Positions 28,937 through 48,650 of a stretch of DNA of 64,000 nt are shown here, in pieces. The DNA lies in assembly GCF_009914755.1 (NCBI RefSeq), contig NC_060926.1. One strand, written 5' to 3'. This stretch comes from the human T2T-CHM13v2.0 reference genome, Homo sapiens. Below the pieces are notes generated by a model. The model searched no databases and was not told the origin of the DNA. It saw nothing but the letters and a program-made list of their open reading frames with translations. The position numbers and the translations under genes were made by a program. Each line of letters starts with the position of its first letter. Position 1 is the first letter of the stretch.

Positions 28937-30488
28937 TCACCACAGAAATGCAAATCAAAACCACAATGAGATATAATCTTATACCACTCAGAAAGGCTAT
29001 TACTAAAAAGTCAAAAAACAACAGATGCTAGAGAGGTTGCAGACAAAGGGGAACGCTTATACATTCTTGGTGGGAATGTAAATTAGTTCAGCCACAGTGG
29101 AAAGCAGTTTGGAAATTTCTCAAAGAACTTAAAACTACCATTCAACCCAGCAATTCCATCACTGGGTATATATCCAAAAGAAAATAAATCATTCAACAAA
29201 AATATACATGCACTTGCATGTTCATCACGGCACCATTCACAATAGCAAAGACATGGAATCAACCTAGGTGCCCATCAATGGATACCTGGTGGATCAGATA
29301 AAGAAAACACAGTAGATGTACACCATGGAATACTACGCAGCCATAGAAAAGAATAAAATCATGTCCTTTCAGCAACATGGATGCAGCTGGAGGCCATTAT
29401 TCTAAGTGAATTAACAAATTAACAAAAACCAAATACTGCATGTTCTTACTTATAAGTGGAGGCTAAACACTGGGTACTCAAGGACATAAAGATAGCAACA
29501 ACAGATACTGGGGACTAATAGAGAGGGGAGGCAGGGAACAGGGCAAGGGCTGAAAAGCGAACTGTTGAGTACTATGCCCACTGTCTAAGTGATGAGGTCA
29601 TTCATATCCCAAACCTCAGCATCATGCAATACACCTATGTAACAAACCTGCATGCATACCCTCTGAATCTGAAATAAAAGTTGAAATTATAAAAAATAAA
29701 ATAAAATCACAAATCTAATTAAATTATATATACGCCATTGTATAAAGATTTTTAAAAGCTAACCTCACTTTTTGTGAAGATTTTGAAAATAGCAGTCATC
29801 TCCAAACTTTTCTTGTTGGCAAATAATGTATTAAATATGCTACATATGATGTTGTTACATGACCATGAGAGTTTTTTAAATTTCTAGAATACATTTCGGT
29901 GGAAAGATCATCATCAAGACGGAAAAGGCTGTCTTCTATTTAAAAGAATATTCCATAAATGCACCTTGAATAAACCAAAGTTTTATGTACGCAAAAACTA
30001 CACAGAACACAAATGGTAAATTAAAGAGTCTATAGATCCTTCAGAAATTTCTCATGATAGAAACTAGAAACTTCATGATTTCTATAGGGTAGATGTTTCA
30101 CCCACTGTCAGTTTCAGAAAGAAGTAAACACTATAACTGAAAAGAGACTAAGTCAAGAAAGAAACCTTAACTTTTTTTTTAATGCGTTATTTTGAGTGAC
30201 AATTTCAAAGTATCACAAAGAATAAGGAACCAATTTCTTTAAAGACTACTGGTGAAAAAGTTGGAAAAATTACAGACAACTCACTGAAACGAAAGTAATA
30301 GGGGTTGGAAACATGTATAGTTACATGATAAACATACCTACATACCTTTTCAACTGATTATTCAAAACAATTCAGAGAGAAGAAATAAAAAGAACAAAGC
30401 AAACCAAAACAGGAGCTCAGAGCTCCAGGCGACAAGAAAACACACCTGACATGAGGAGAGACATTAAGGTGCAGTTTAATCTATTTAA

Positions 30489-31210
<722 letters not shown>

Positions 31211-31610
31211 TAAACACTAATAATTGAAACTTATGGGACTGCAAGTCATTAACTGAATTAGGATAGTCCTCCGGAAGGTATGATGTAGTAGAAGGAAGAT
31301 CAGAAGTCAGAAGGCCTGGGTCCAAGCCCTGATTCTGCCAGGAAACGAGTCTAGATCTTTGACAAGGCACTTAAACATTCACAGTCTGGACTCTTAATCT
31401 AAAAACGATTATGTTTGAACAGATAATTTTGGGGATTCCTCTTAACTGTAAGATTTACAGACTCATTATTTATAACAGATGCCTTCAATTGGCACTTAAT
31501 GAATGTTTGTTTCTTTTACTTCCTACTCTGACTTAAGTGTTTGAAGGTTTCTAAAAGAAAGCAAAAATAAGAAAAGATGTGCCCTGCTGTTTAAATAAAC
31601 TGGATTATTG

Positions 31611-32299
<689 letters not shown>

Positions 32300-32948
32300 C
32301 TACTGTGATTCACGCTTCATCAAGTTAGCACTGTGAAGAGCATATCTGGTGTTTGGGAGAGATTTAAAAGCCCCTGTAAAATAAACATTTCTGGTCACAA
32401 AATTGTCACTTAGAGTAAGAATGCCACCTGAACACACCAACTTCCCTGGCAATGCTGAATGTGGAAGGGTTGTCACAGAGAAACCTTTAGCAGGTTATGT
32501 TACTATTAACATAACAAAGTGTAAACCTGCTTTGAAATAAACCTATTTACATAATCACAAAATTAACATACCCCTCAAAGCCTTAATACACAAAATAGCC
32601 ATCTAATAAGGTCATTAAGCCTAAACTAGTCTTACACCCTAGAAAGTTGAAACTGCTCAAGTCCCTACAGGAAAGGACAGCCCCATCATTCAACTTGCCA
32701 ATAAACCTGCTTTAGTGATAGATCATTATGTTCCTACTCAGATAAATTAGTAGCTGTGCACTGCATTGTTAGTAATAGATACTTAATAACCAGGTTTATA
32801 AATCAATTTGTATTTACTCTTATTTACCACTTACATAAAACCATAAATTTCACAACCTGATTTATATTTGAGACAAGAATTATTCCTCTAGGAAATATAG
32901 TTTAAAGCTCATGATCTTAACAGTACAAAGGCTAATGGATAATCTTAC

Positions 32949-33084
32949 CTGATGAAATAAGTATGCTCAAGCTTTCTAGCTTGCCATACTGAGCAGCCAC
33001 AAATAAAGGTGTGATTCCAAAGTCATCCTGGCATTCCTTGTTTGCTCCTTTTCTAAGAAGCAATTTTATGATCTCAGCATTATC
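32949..33084 (-). CDS. ASB3: ASB3 coding exon, 136 nt, phase 0-1 ([45 protein letters not shown])
   Basis: Not in the ORF track; read manually. Acceptor gtgctttag|GA, donor CAG|gtaaga; TPLFVAA ankyrin motif; keeps frame with both neighbours. Confidence 0.95.
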
Positions 33085-33694
33085 CTAAAGCACAGATTCA
33101 CATTTTAAATAAGAAAAAAACAAAGAAAATAGAAGGTATCTTTCTTCTTACTGTGTTTTTTTTTTCTTTTTTATCCTCTCACTAAAGGATAACTTGAAGG
33201 AAAAAACAAAACAGTATACTGCTGTATTAGTTGGAAAGAAATTGGCCAAACGATCAGATTATCCTATATTTCTAGTTAACCCAATAAATGTAAACATGAA
33301 ACACTGATCTCTAGGAATTATAAACCTTATAGAATCCTGAAAAATTAGCTTGCTAACCAAAGCACTAAGGAGCCATCACAATTTCTAAGCACATTATTGT
33401 AAATAAAATAACCCATTGCTCTTTATCAATTTATATCTCAAATAACTGATGGTTTCTTAAATATGCCATCTACATTTTTAAAATGTAGATAATCCCTATA
33501 GCCCAAAGCTTCCACAGCTACTACAGAAGTTGGCTGATTCAGAATCATCATTAGCATTTAGACTGCCTTTTCTGTACTGCACTAACCATCATAAATCACA
33601 GGCAAGCAGAAAGCAAAAACTGCATAGGACTGTCATTTTAAGAGGGTAAAACACACAATTTACATGGAAATGAAATAATAAATTCAGAGGTTAC

Positions 33695-33807
33695 CTGAAA
33701 AGAAGCCTGGTGCAAGGAGTTCCATCCACACATAGAATGGGATCCATTAACATTTGCTCCGTGTTGAAGCAACAGCCTTAACACATCTATCTGTCCATTT
33801 TCAACAG
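33695..33807 (-). CDS. ASB3: ASB3 coding exon, 113 nt, phase 1-0 (AVENGQID...LHQASFQ)
   Basis: Acceptor gtattacag|CT, donor CAG|gtaacc; ankyrin repeat translation. Confidence 0.96.
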
Positions 33808-34689
33808 CTGTAATACAGCAGTTAGAAAAATTAATGTCAGCAAAAAGGCATGTTTGTAGGACTGGACACTTTGGTGATGTTCTCATCACTTACTCACCTC
33901 AGAACCACAATGCTCTGATTATTCCTAAACAGTTATCACAATTGTCTTAGCCCAAATCCATTAACATATATCTAATTGTTTCGGAACACATGCAAAATGA
34001 TTTTCAATAGCATGTTAAAAGACACAGAGGAACTGGAACCAAGAAGCAAACATTTATTCTCTCTGAAAATGGAAACAGCCTAGCTCTAGTTTGTTAAAAT
34101 GAAACTGGGAGGATATAAGGTGGACAATTCAGAATCAACAGTACCAGTCTGGAAAAGCAATCTCAAAAGGACTGAAAGGTTTGCTATTACTACATTTGAT
34201 CACAAATAAAAAGAGTAACTGACAAAATGAAAAAGCAACTTCTTCATCTTAGATTTTTTTTACCACTATAAATCATAAGCATTGTCAAAATGTTCTTATA
34301 TCCATCAATGAAAATGTAAACGTTCTTACTTATGTGAACTAAAAGCGGATTCCAGAAAAAATAAAAAATGTTGTTAAAGAGATGCAGATTATTTTGCACA
34401 AAACTTTGCTATGAAGGTGGCACTAATTATGGAGGAATTTAAGCACGAAGTTAATGAAAAACAGAATGCCAGAATAGAATTACAAAGTGCTTTATAAAAT
34501 AAGTACAAACACACACACACACCATTAGCAAATTAGGTATACTGTGAATGTTGTTAGGTGTGAGGCTACTGAGTGACTTCTTTAAATTTTAAGTTCAGAA
34601 ACTTAAAATGGAGAAATAGTAGTATTTATAAGAAAGGAAGGTAAGACATGTATAAGAAGGTCTGGCTAACGTGCTTGGATGTAAGAAAG

Positions 34690-35013
34690 AAGATTTAAGT
34701 TGATTTCATGTCTTGGTGATTGTGAATGGTGCTGCAAGGAACATACGTGTGCATCCATCTTTACAGTAGAATGATTTCTATTCCTCTGGGTATATACCCA
34801 GTAACGGGATTGCTGGGTCAAATGGCAGTTGTGTTTAGCTCTCTGAGGAATCACCATACCGCTTTCCACAATGGTTGAATTAATGTACACTCCCATCAAC
34901 TGTGTATACATGTTCCTTTTTCTCCTCAACCTCGCCAGCACCTGTTATTTTTTTACTTTTTAATACCAGCCATTCTTACTGCTGTGAGATGGTATCTCAT
35001 CGTGGTTTTGATT
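34690..35013 (-). mobile_element. L1PA 3' fragment
   Basis: GGGTATATACCCAGTAACGGGATTGCTGGGTCAAATGG...GTGAGATGGTATCTCATCGTGGTTTTGATT. Confidence 0.88.
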
Positions 35014-35355
35014 AGTAAGAAAAAAGATTTGAAGAATAAGATTTTTTTTTCATTTCAATCATACAGTTATTCTGTATCTCCCACTATAGTAGGAGGCAGG
35101 AAGTGGGAATCAACACTTCTCAGTCACAAAATTAGAAAGGCACATTTGGATAATGAGTCACATTAGAAAACACTAATACACATGAAACAATGGGAATATA
35201 AAAATCCTTAAAAGTGTAAAACAAGAAATGATAAGTGTGCTTATTACTGAAGACAAGTAACATGCCATTGATATTGTACTAGTTTTATATATTGAATTTA
35301 TACCAAAGCTTATTTCCCCTATAAGACACTCAGAAGTTCTTTAATAAAAAATTCT

Positions 35356-36497
<1,142 letters not shown>

Positions 36498-37609
36498 CCA
36501 CAACAGCTTTAAAAAAATAACTGAAAATTAAAAAAAGCAAAATAAAGAAATTACAAATGAAATTACCATATTAAAAAAAAGCCTGAAAATAATAGTAATA
36601 ATTTTGGGTGGAGGTCATAAAAGGAAAAAAATCTGTTTCATATCAAATTCATACATCATTATCAGTGACTGTTAGCAAAAATCATTCTATAGCCAGTCCA
36701 TGACTTGAAGATTATCAGGTTGTCAACAGTGATATATGAAGGAGAGTGAAGGTAAGTTTGTTTTCCACAAGTTAGGCTGACCTTATAAAAATTAAAGTCA
36801 AAAAATGTGTTTTGATTATTAAATACAATATAGATGACAGAAAAATTTTCATTTTTTTAACCTTATGATGCAAGTTATGTTTTCACTTTTAATATCATAA
36901 ATATATTAAGAAATCTGCTATCTGCAACTATTAAAAACATTTCCCAATGACAAAAGTAAAACTTACACATGAGCAGAAAAATATTATTTTCACAGCCCTT
37001 GTTAATTATTTCAAAATAAAGCAAATTTAATAGTTACTAATTGAGAAATCGTGGTTTAGAAAAGTGTATTTAGAGCTCAGATTTACTACCAAAGCCTCCG
37101 CTTTGGAAGAGGAGCATTCACTTTATCTATTAAAATGGAAATATCAAATTGGATGGGCTGAAGAGGAGACCCATAACTGTGCTGAATGGTTTGCTTCCAA
37201 AAAGGCAGTCATTACTTTATACAGACATACTTTCTCAAGCCTACTGAGAAAACCAAGTATAAGAGCATGTTTAGAAACTACCTAGCAAATAAAACAGACT
37301 TCACAGTCTTTTCTAAGAACAGAGTCAACCACTCACGTATCTATAAACATTGAGTACCTGTGAATTCCATGGAGATAGTGGGAATACAGATGAAATGGGA
37401 AGGATAGAGAAGGATATCAAAGTATAAAAAAGAGTGCTTCTGCCTTGAGAGCTATCTAGATGTAGAGAGAATGATACATGTCAGCAACAGCAAATTAACT
37501 CTATCCAATTGAAACAATGTTGCTAACAGGAATGAACTACACAATGACATTTTATATTATATTCTGTGTAGAAACTTGATTTACTTATTATTTTTTCCGT
37601 ATCTCATGA

Positions 37610-37938
<329 letters not shown>

Positions 37939-37948
37939 CCTCCTCCAA

Positions 37949-38461
37949 TGCCGAGACCAGCTCGGTTGGGGAGACCCTAACCCAGTGGTGCTAGAGGAAT
38001 TAAAGACACACACAGAGAAATACAGAGGTGTGGAGTGGGAAATCAGGGGTCTCACAGCCTTTGGAGCTGAGAGCCTTGAACAGAGATTTACCCACGTATT
38101 TATTAAGATCAAGCCAGTGATAAGCATTGTTTCTACAGATTATAGATTAACTAAAAGTATTCCTTATGGGAAACAAAGGGATGGGCGGAAATAAAGGGAT
38201 GGGTTTGGCTAGTTATCTGCAGCAGGAGCATGTCCTTAAGGCACAGATCGGTCACGCTATTGTTTGTGGTTTAAGAACACCTTTAAGCAGTTTTCCGCCC
38301 TGGGTGGGCCAGGTGTCCCTTGCCCTCATTCCGGTAAACCCACATCCTTCCAGCGTGGGCGTTATGGCCATCACAAACATGTCACAGTGCTGCAGAGATT
38401 TTGTTTATGGCCAGTTTTCGGGCCAGTTTATGGCCACATTTTGGGGGGCCTGTTCCCAACA
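37949..38461 (-). mobile_element. MER9 solo LTR (HERV-K HML-3)
   Basis: Reverse complement TGTTGGGAACAGGCCCCCCAAAATGTGGCCATAAACTGG...GAGCTGGTCTCGGCA; 6-bp TSD ctccaa/ctccac. Confidence 0.9.
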
Positions 38462-38704
38462 CTCCACTTCGCAGTTTGTTCCTCATATTGTCTCTTCTCC
38501 AGTTTTTTCTCATCATTCCTTCTCTACTGGGCTCCACTGTTCAACCTGCAGACTAGTTTAGGTTTTCCTTTCCCTAAAAATAAAACAAACAAACAAAATA
38601 TCTTCCAATCTACTGTTTTCTCTCACTTTCTTTTTTTACCACTGAACTACCCCCAAAGACTACTCTTCTTGAGTCTACATTCAGTGATCCCATTTTCCCA
38701 CAAA

Positions 38705-38825
38705 TCACTCATTCATTCATTCAACAAATGTCTACTTAGTGCCTATTATGTACCAGGTAATATTCCAGGTACTAGAGATACAGAAGTGAACAAGAGACAA
38801 AAATACCTGCCTCCATGGACCTTTT
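38705..38825 (-). mobile_element. L2 3' end
   Basis: CATTCATTCATTCAACAAATG...TGCCTATTATGTACCAGG. Confidence 0.75.
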
Positions 38826-39153
38826 AATCACTTAATCAATAACTATCATGCAAATTCTACTGCCATAATTCATGTAAAGCTATTCCCTTGAAAATCATCA
38901 TCAAATTCAATGGCCTTTTCTCAGCCTTGAACCTCCTATTCAGTTCCTACTGCCTCTGGCATTAAATTCCCCATATTTCTCTAACATAAACTTTTTTCTC
39001 CATGTCAACAGCACTGTTGTGGTGTTACAACTTTCTCTAACAACTCATTCTTCTTAGTTTAGTTGTTCTATCCTACTATTTCAGAAATGTGATGACTCAC
39101 CAGGATTCTGTCTTCAATCTCTATTTATTTTTTTATTCCTTTACTTTATACAA

Positions 39154-39454
39154 GTTTTTTTTTTTTTTTTTTGAGATGGAGTCTTGCTCTGTTGCCCAGG
39201 CTGGAGTGCAGTGGTGCGATCTTGGCTCACTACAACCTCCACCTCCCAGGTTGAAGCGAATCTCCTGCCTCAGCCTCCCTAGTAGCTAGGATTATAGACG
39301 TACACCTCCATGCCCAGATAATTTTTGTACTTTTAGTAGAGATGGTGTTTCACCATGTTAGTTAGGCTGGTCTTAAACTCCTGACCTCCAGTGACTAGCC
39401 TGCCTCAGCCTCCCAAAGTGCTGGGATTACACACATGAGCCACCACGCCCGGCC
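39154..39454 (-). mobile_element. Alu (S-like)
   Basis: Full dimer; TSD TATACAWGTT. Confidence 0.92.
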
Positions 39455-39644
39455 TATACATGTTCTCTATTAGTGAATTTGTTCAATTCTGAAACGTTAC
39501 TGAGCAAATTCATCTCTAGGCGAATGATTGCTCCTAACTGAACTTTCCCTCATGGTCCAGAACCAAATTTCCAAATACCTGCCAAGTATTTCCATCCAGA
39601 CATTCTATCAGCCCCTTAAAATCAACATGCCTAACACAGACCTG

Positions 39645-41856
<2,212 letters not shown>

Positions 41857-42609
41857 TCCAAAAGAATGGAGATCAATCCTGGGTACTTGTGAGAGGAAGG
41901 GGAAGGATGTCTCCAAGCTTTTGTGTATGTGAAATTGTCCAGGACGTTTTAAAAAAGGAAAAAAAAAAAAAAAAAAAAGACTGCCACAAATTCTGAAGGG
42001 AATTTCAAAACGAAAATTTCGAGAACACTTTGAATATCTAAAATATTCCTAATGTGCATATAGTATACCCTGAATTTTTTAAAACACATCAGAATAAAAA
42101 TCAAACTGAACACTGTCCTATTTACTCAATAATACTAAAGTGTATATTAATTGAAAAATGATTTAAAACCTAAAGAAACAGGGAGAGAGAAGAGACAAGA
42201 AATAGATAAATCCACAGCAGAATAACAACACAGTAATTAGGACAGAACTAAGCTTCATATACTGTGTACCTCTTATGGTATTTATTACAGCCTATCTTGA
42301 ATTCTGGTTATTATAATATCCTCAATTAAATTGTAAGCCCATGATATCAGGAACTAATCCTGATAGTGTAGAGGCCTGATAATCACCTAATCAATGGAGG
42401 ATAATGAGAAAAATTCAGTTGTGACTTTTACCATCCTATTGATAAGCAAAACTAGTTGGCTAAGCTGGTGTTTCTTTGCTCCTTCACCTTTTTATGTGAG
42501 ACCCATCTAGGACCACATGTTAGGGCAAAGGAGATAAATATTTCAAAAATAAAACAGGACTACTGTTCAGTTAAGGATGTATGAAGAACTGCACTCATTC
42601 TGTTGCTCT

Positions 42610-42820
42610 CTAGAACTGTTCTCCAATATAGAAGACAGAAGCTTCATTTGGCTGTTTAAATTTTAATTTTAATTAATTAAAATGGAATAAAATTAAAATT
42701 TGAGTTCTTCAATCAAACCAGACAAACTTCAAGTGTTCAAGAGCCCCATGTGGCTAGTGACCATCATAAGGGACAATGTAGATATAGGACAATTCCAAGT
42801 TCTATTGGGTAGGACTGGTC
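42610..42820. mobile_element. MER3/MER33-like hAT relic
   Basis: TTCAAGTGTTCAAGAGCCCCATGTGGCTAGTG. Confidence 0.6.
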
Positions 42821-43864
42821 TAGAGATTAGAATTGAATTGAATTGAAATTTAACCTAGAATACTAGGTATACCTGTCTTCAAGATACCCATTTAGCATTG
42901 GAAACAGAGAGCCAGGCAATCAGCTGCAGGTCTTGGAGTAAGTGTCAAAGACAGAAAGATAAGGTGTAATTCTAGAAGCTAGAAAAGTACTGTGGGTTCC
43001 TAGAAAGAAAAAGAAAGCAGAATCATAGTATCTGGTATTAAAAAATGGTATCCAATAGGGACCAGAGACCAAGGAAAAAGATTAAGGATGAAATAAAAGA
43101 CCGCATTTCAGAAGGCAGAGCTCCAAGTGTCTGGAGTACACAGAGATATGGGAGAAAGACTTTCCCCTCTTCAATCCAAACAGGTAAGACTCCAAACAGG
43201 TAGAAGAGAAAAGCCAGAACCTCTGAGGGTAGGAACACTGCTTTTCCCACAATGGATCATATAACATAGTATGGAAGAAATCTCTAATTGTAAATGCTTA
43301 AGAAAGCAAAAATGGCATGAGAACATATCCTGCAATAATTTCTAGGGAGACATTTTCTGGTTTTGAAAAAACACCTTTTTCCATTTCCTAAATTAGAGGA
43401 AAAATGAAGCAATCTGGAAAAACATATCTTAGGTAACAAAATATTTTTGAAAACAGGAAATTGAGAAACTAGAAGCAGCCTTTGACCCACACAAAACTTT
43501 TGACCAAAATCAACTCAGTTGTGGCATGCAACATATTGAGTACAGTTACAAGCAAAGCCCCATGTGAAGATTTCATGAAAGCAAGAACTCAAAACGGGAC
43601 TCTCATCTGGGAGAAATATGGTAGACCTATACATACATGTAAGTACTAAATCTAACTAGAAATAGTAAATAATGATCATTGTTTAATATAGCATTCATTA
43701 AAGAAAAAGCTTTTTTAAGGGACATTTTTTAAATGTAATTATCTTAGTGAATGCTCTTTTAGAAAAATGCTTAATGTGACTATGAGTTCTAGGGAATTAC
43801 CATAACAATTCTGTACAAATTACAATTATAAACACAATTTTGTACCAAATGAAAATTACAGTGA

Positions 43865-44207
<343 letters not shown>

Positions 44208-45564
44208 TAGTCTTTCATTTTGAGGCTCAGATTTTGACAATAATTCTAAAAAATGACATGGTCAGTAAGTCTGTAACGAAAAGTTTAACCACAGGCTGTC
44301 CATCTCCTCCAGTTATAGCAGCAGGCTGGCTGGCTATGCAGAAATCATCTATATATTCAATTTTACATTTGAATTATATATGAATTTTTAATGGTATCTC
44401 TACTTTTTTGAGTTCTACATGTACTCTGTTCTCCATTATGCATTTCATTTTTCTATACAATTGAACAGTAAAATTATTTTTTCATTGTATAGCTAGTTTA
44501 TGTAAAACTTTTTTCCCCCACCTCTTTCATGAACCAAAAAAGGAACATTTGTAAGAACATTTATCTCCTGCAGTATTTCTCTGGTCCTGTGTTCATACTG
44601 ACATCTGGTGGCACTAGAAAAGAAACTCCATTATTGCTATGACAAAGGAATTTTTTTTTCCAGTGTTGTCCATTTATTCTATGTATCCTCAAGTTTATGT
44701 TTTTCCAGCACTTTACTTATACCCAAGGCAGCAGAACAATTATTAAAATCTTTAGTCTGAAATGTAGTATTTTATTGATATACAGAATTTTTTAAAAATT
44801 ATACTAAAAAGTTATATTTCTGTTTTATAAATTTCTTCATGTCTGCCCAGTGGCTAACAATCTTAAAGATGCATACTGATGGGAAAAACCATGATCTTCT
44901 GGGCAAAACTCATTATGTTAGGGATACAACAAAAACGTTGTGGCGAATATCCCAATCCAATCATCCACGTTATCACTGACATTTCTCATGGTTTCTAACA
45001 GACAGGGAGAAGTCTAATGGCCAATTAGACATCAGAGACCATATCCAGAAAAATACATCCTTCAATCAAATGAAAGTATTAAAAGACAAAAAGCTAAAAT
45101 TCCACTATCCTATTATATATTGTTTATTTTTCCATATGTCTCCCCAGCAGCAGAGTCAAGAAACATTTGATTTAGATAACACATCCCTAAACTTACACCT
45201 TCTTCTAGGGCTATAACACTGTAATTCTACTACTTTCAGAAATTATTCAACTTTTTGAAGCATTCATACAGCAGTATTCTCCTTACTAGATCCACCTTGT
45301 AAGAATGACCCATACTAAGGCTTAGAGAAACAAAATATTCTGGGAGTTCCCTATCAAAGAAAAAGTGTATGGACAGACTATCCTTAATCCCAAAGAGTCC
45401 TATTTATGTAGGAGCAACATTTCCATTTTAGCCATACTAACCAATGATAATCACATATCATTAGTTGGCCAATGGCATTAGTAATCATGAAGAATGAAGA
45501 GACAATTGCATTAACCATGTAACAATCCAGTTTGATAGCCACAAAGGCATGGCATGCTGTACAG

Positions 45565-45794
45565 CAGGGCTACTCAACATTGTCACAAACTGGCTGTCAA
45601 TGTGCAAATTGTTATCAGTCCTCAACAAGGTAAGAAGTTTTGAACAGAATATAAACAACTATGTCTCTAAGCACACTTTATTTTAGCTGACATTTTCCTT
45701 GAGACAGGACTTCCTTGATGAAGAAACCAATATATTGATTTATATAATGGTTCAAGCTTCTTATATAAATCGACTGACATTTTGAGTGGCACTG
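45565..45794. mobile_element. MER5C-like hAT-Charlie MITE
   Basis: TIRs CAGGGCTACTCAA / TTGAGTGGCACTG; 8-bp TSD-like ctgtacag/ctctacgg. Confidence 0.7.
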
Positions 45795-45949
45795 CTCTAC
45801 GGTACCTAACTAGAACAGAGATTGTATTGTATGGACTGGGGTTGAGGGAGATTTTATCTAGGTCTATTCATTGCTACCATATACTAGAATTCAAATTATT
45901 ACAAAAATACTGAAATCGAGAATTTCTGTTTTACTTTAAAAATGAATAT

Positions 45950-47950
45950 GGACTTCCAATTTTAATATTGTAGCACAATATAGGCATTTCCCTTTACTTT
46001 TCTTAGAAATCATCCAAAAGCAATTAATCCAACATCAGCAAGAAAAATAAAATAAAAACACACTCTCCATTTTTAGTAAAACTATAATTCTAGTTTTAGA
46101 TTTTTGAACTCCAGATCAAAATTTGTAAAAGGGGCTCCAAAAGAATGACGATCAATCCTGGGTACTTGTGGGAGAAAGAGGACAGATGTGTCAGCTGCAC
46201 ATCTAAGAAAAAGCTAGCAAAGAACACTTCTCAAAGGTCAGGGGCTCCCTCTGAGGAACAAAACTAAGTACCAGGAAAAAATGCACAGGCTAGCAGCAGG
46301 AACTTCTCTGGACCAGTTGAAATCCGAAAATCAGAGGGACTGGATCCAAAAAAAGAATCACACAAAGTGGTCTATCTCTGCTACCACAAATGGGAAACTG
46401 TATTGCAAAAATCCCACAGCTGCCAACCCCCAATGGCTAGTGAAAGATACTAGCTAAATGAATTCATGTCCAAAAATCCTGAGTCTAAAGGAAAACTCCA
46501 TAATATGGAATGTGCCTCTACCTCCTTCCTATTATAAACCTCCTGAAAGCAGCTAATTGAGCAAAAACTCACATATTCCCAAGATGAATTATCACAAAGG
46601 TACCAGCACAAATCCATACAAAGATACAAGAATAAAGGAAGAAAAGTTATAGAAAAACAATAGACCAACAACAAAAGAAAGCAAAAACCTCTCATCTGAA
46701 AAATATTACCACAAACCAAAGGAAAATTGTAGCTAAATCTACAACTGTAAATTTTAAAAAAGAAGTTAAGGAAGCAATTGTCTCTGTGAAAACAGCACCA
46801 ACACTGAAATACAAGTGCTCAGTAAAAAAATGGCTGACAGGAAATGATATAATTTAAACTGAATTCAGAAAATACCTGGGAAAAGCAAAAACAATCATAA
46901 AAAATCCAATTGAAATTGAAAGAAACACTAGACAGAATAGACATTTCTGAAGAGGAACATAGAGGCTTAAAAAAAAACAGGAAAAGTAAAACAAAAACAC
47001 AGAGAAAGAAAAATAGAGAAAAAACAATAGACATTGAAAACAGATAAGATACCAACATGTAAACACGCTGGCCCAAGAACACCACCATAATAACAGAACA
47101 GACAAATATTTAAAGATATAATTCCAGAAAGATTAACTAAAATTTAAAATATCCAAGTCTACATATTGAAAGGACACACACTGTGTCAGAGAAAACTGAT
47201 AAGGAATGGACAAGCAAAAGTATTGTCACAAAAAGAGAAGAAAATTAGGCTAGCTTCAGACTTCAACTCTAGAACAGAATGGATCATCATTTTTAAAGTT
47301 CTCAAGGAAAGGGATGTAATTCAAGGATTTTGTAACTGATCAAACTGCTGTTCAAGTTTGAATCATTATTCAATTTAAGTGATTCAATTTTTTTACCTTT
47401 TTTTTTTTTTTTTTGCAGAGATGGGGTGGTCTCACTCTGTTGCCCAGGCTGGTCTCGAACTCCTGGCCTCAAGTGATCCTCTCACCTCAGCTTCCCAAAG
47501 TGCTGGGAATACACGCGTGAGCAACAGCGCCCAGCCAAATTATTCAATTTTGAACATGTAAAAACTCAGGGAATAGTACTGCCATAGGTCCTGTTAAAGG
47601 ACTGTGTTAAAGGAATTATTTAGCTAACCAAACAAGGCTGGAAAAAACATGCCAAAATAACTGGTGATAAACTTCTAAGCTATTTAACCGTGGAACTAAG
47701 AATAAAGTTAAATGATGCATTTAAGATGCCAGAACAAAATGCAAAATGTTATTCCCACTAACAATGCAAATATAACTGACAAAAGTTGGAAAAGCGGGGG
47801 GAGAAAGAGAGTTATGTAAGAACAATATAAGGATACTGATTTCCTCATCTTTAAAAGCTGGAGGTTTAAATCTATTAATCAAATGTGACTAATAAAATAA
47901 CACATTATATAAATACATTTAATTATATGAAGGTAAAACCAGAAAGATAA
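45950..47950 (+). mobile_element. Very old L1M/HAL1-like ORF1 region with a minus-strand FLAM (47398-47536)
   Basis: A-rich degenerate ORF1-like text (AATTAGGCTAGCTTCAGACTTC...AAAGTTCTCAAGGAAA); FLAM with TSD ATTATTCAATTT. Confidence 0.55.
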
Positions 47951-47992
47951 TAAGTATCCTAGTTTCATAATTGCTTACATTAAAGAATTAAA

Positions 47993-48650
<658 letters not shown>

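Noticed and set aside
38264-38827. 187-aa ORF (longest in the track) and neighbouring ORFs at 37928 and 38166
   Set aside because: Antisense reading of the MER9 LTR continuing into L2; chance open frames
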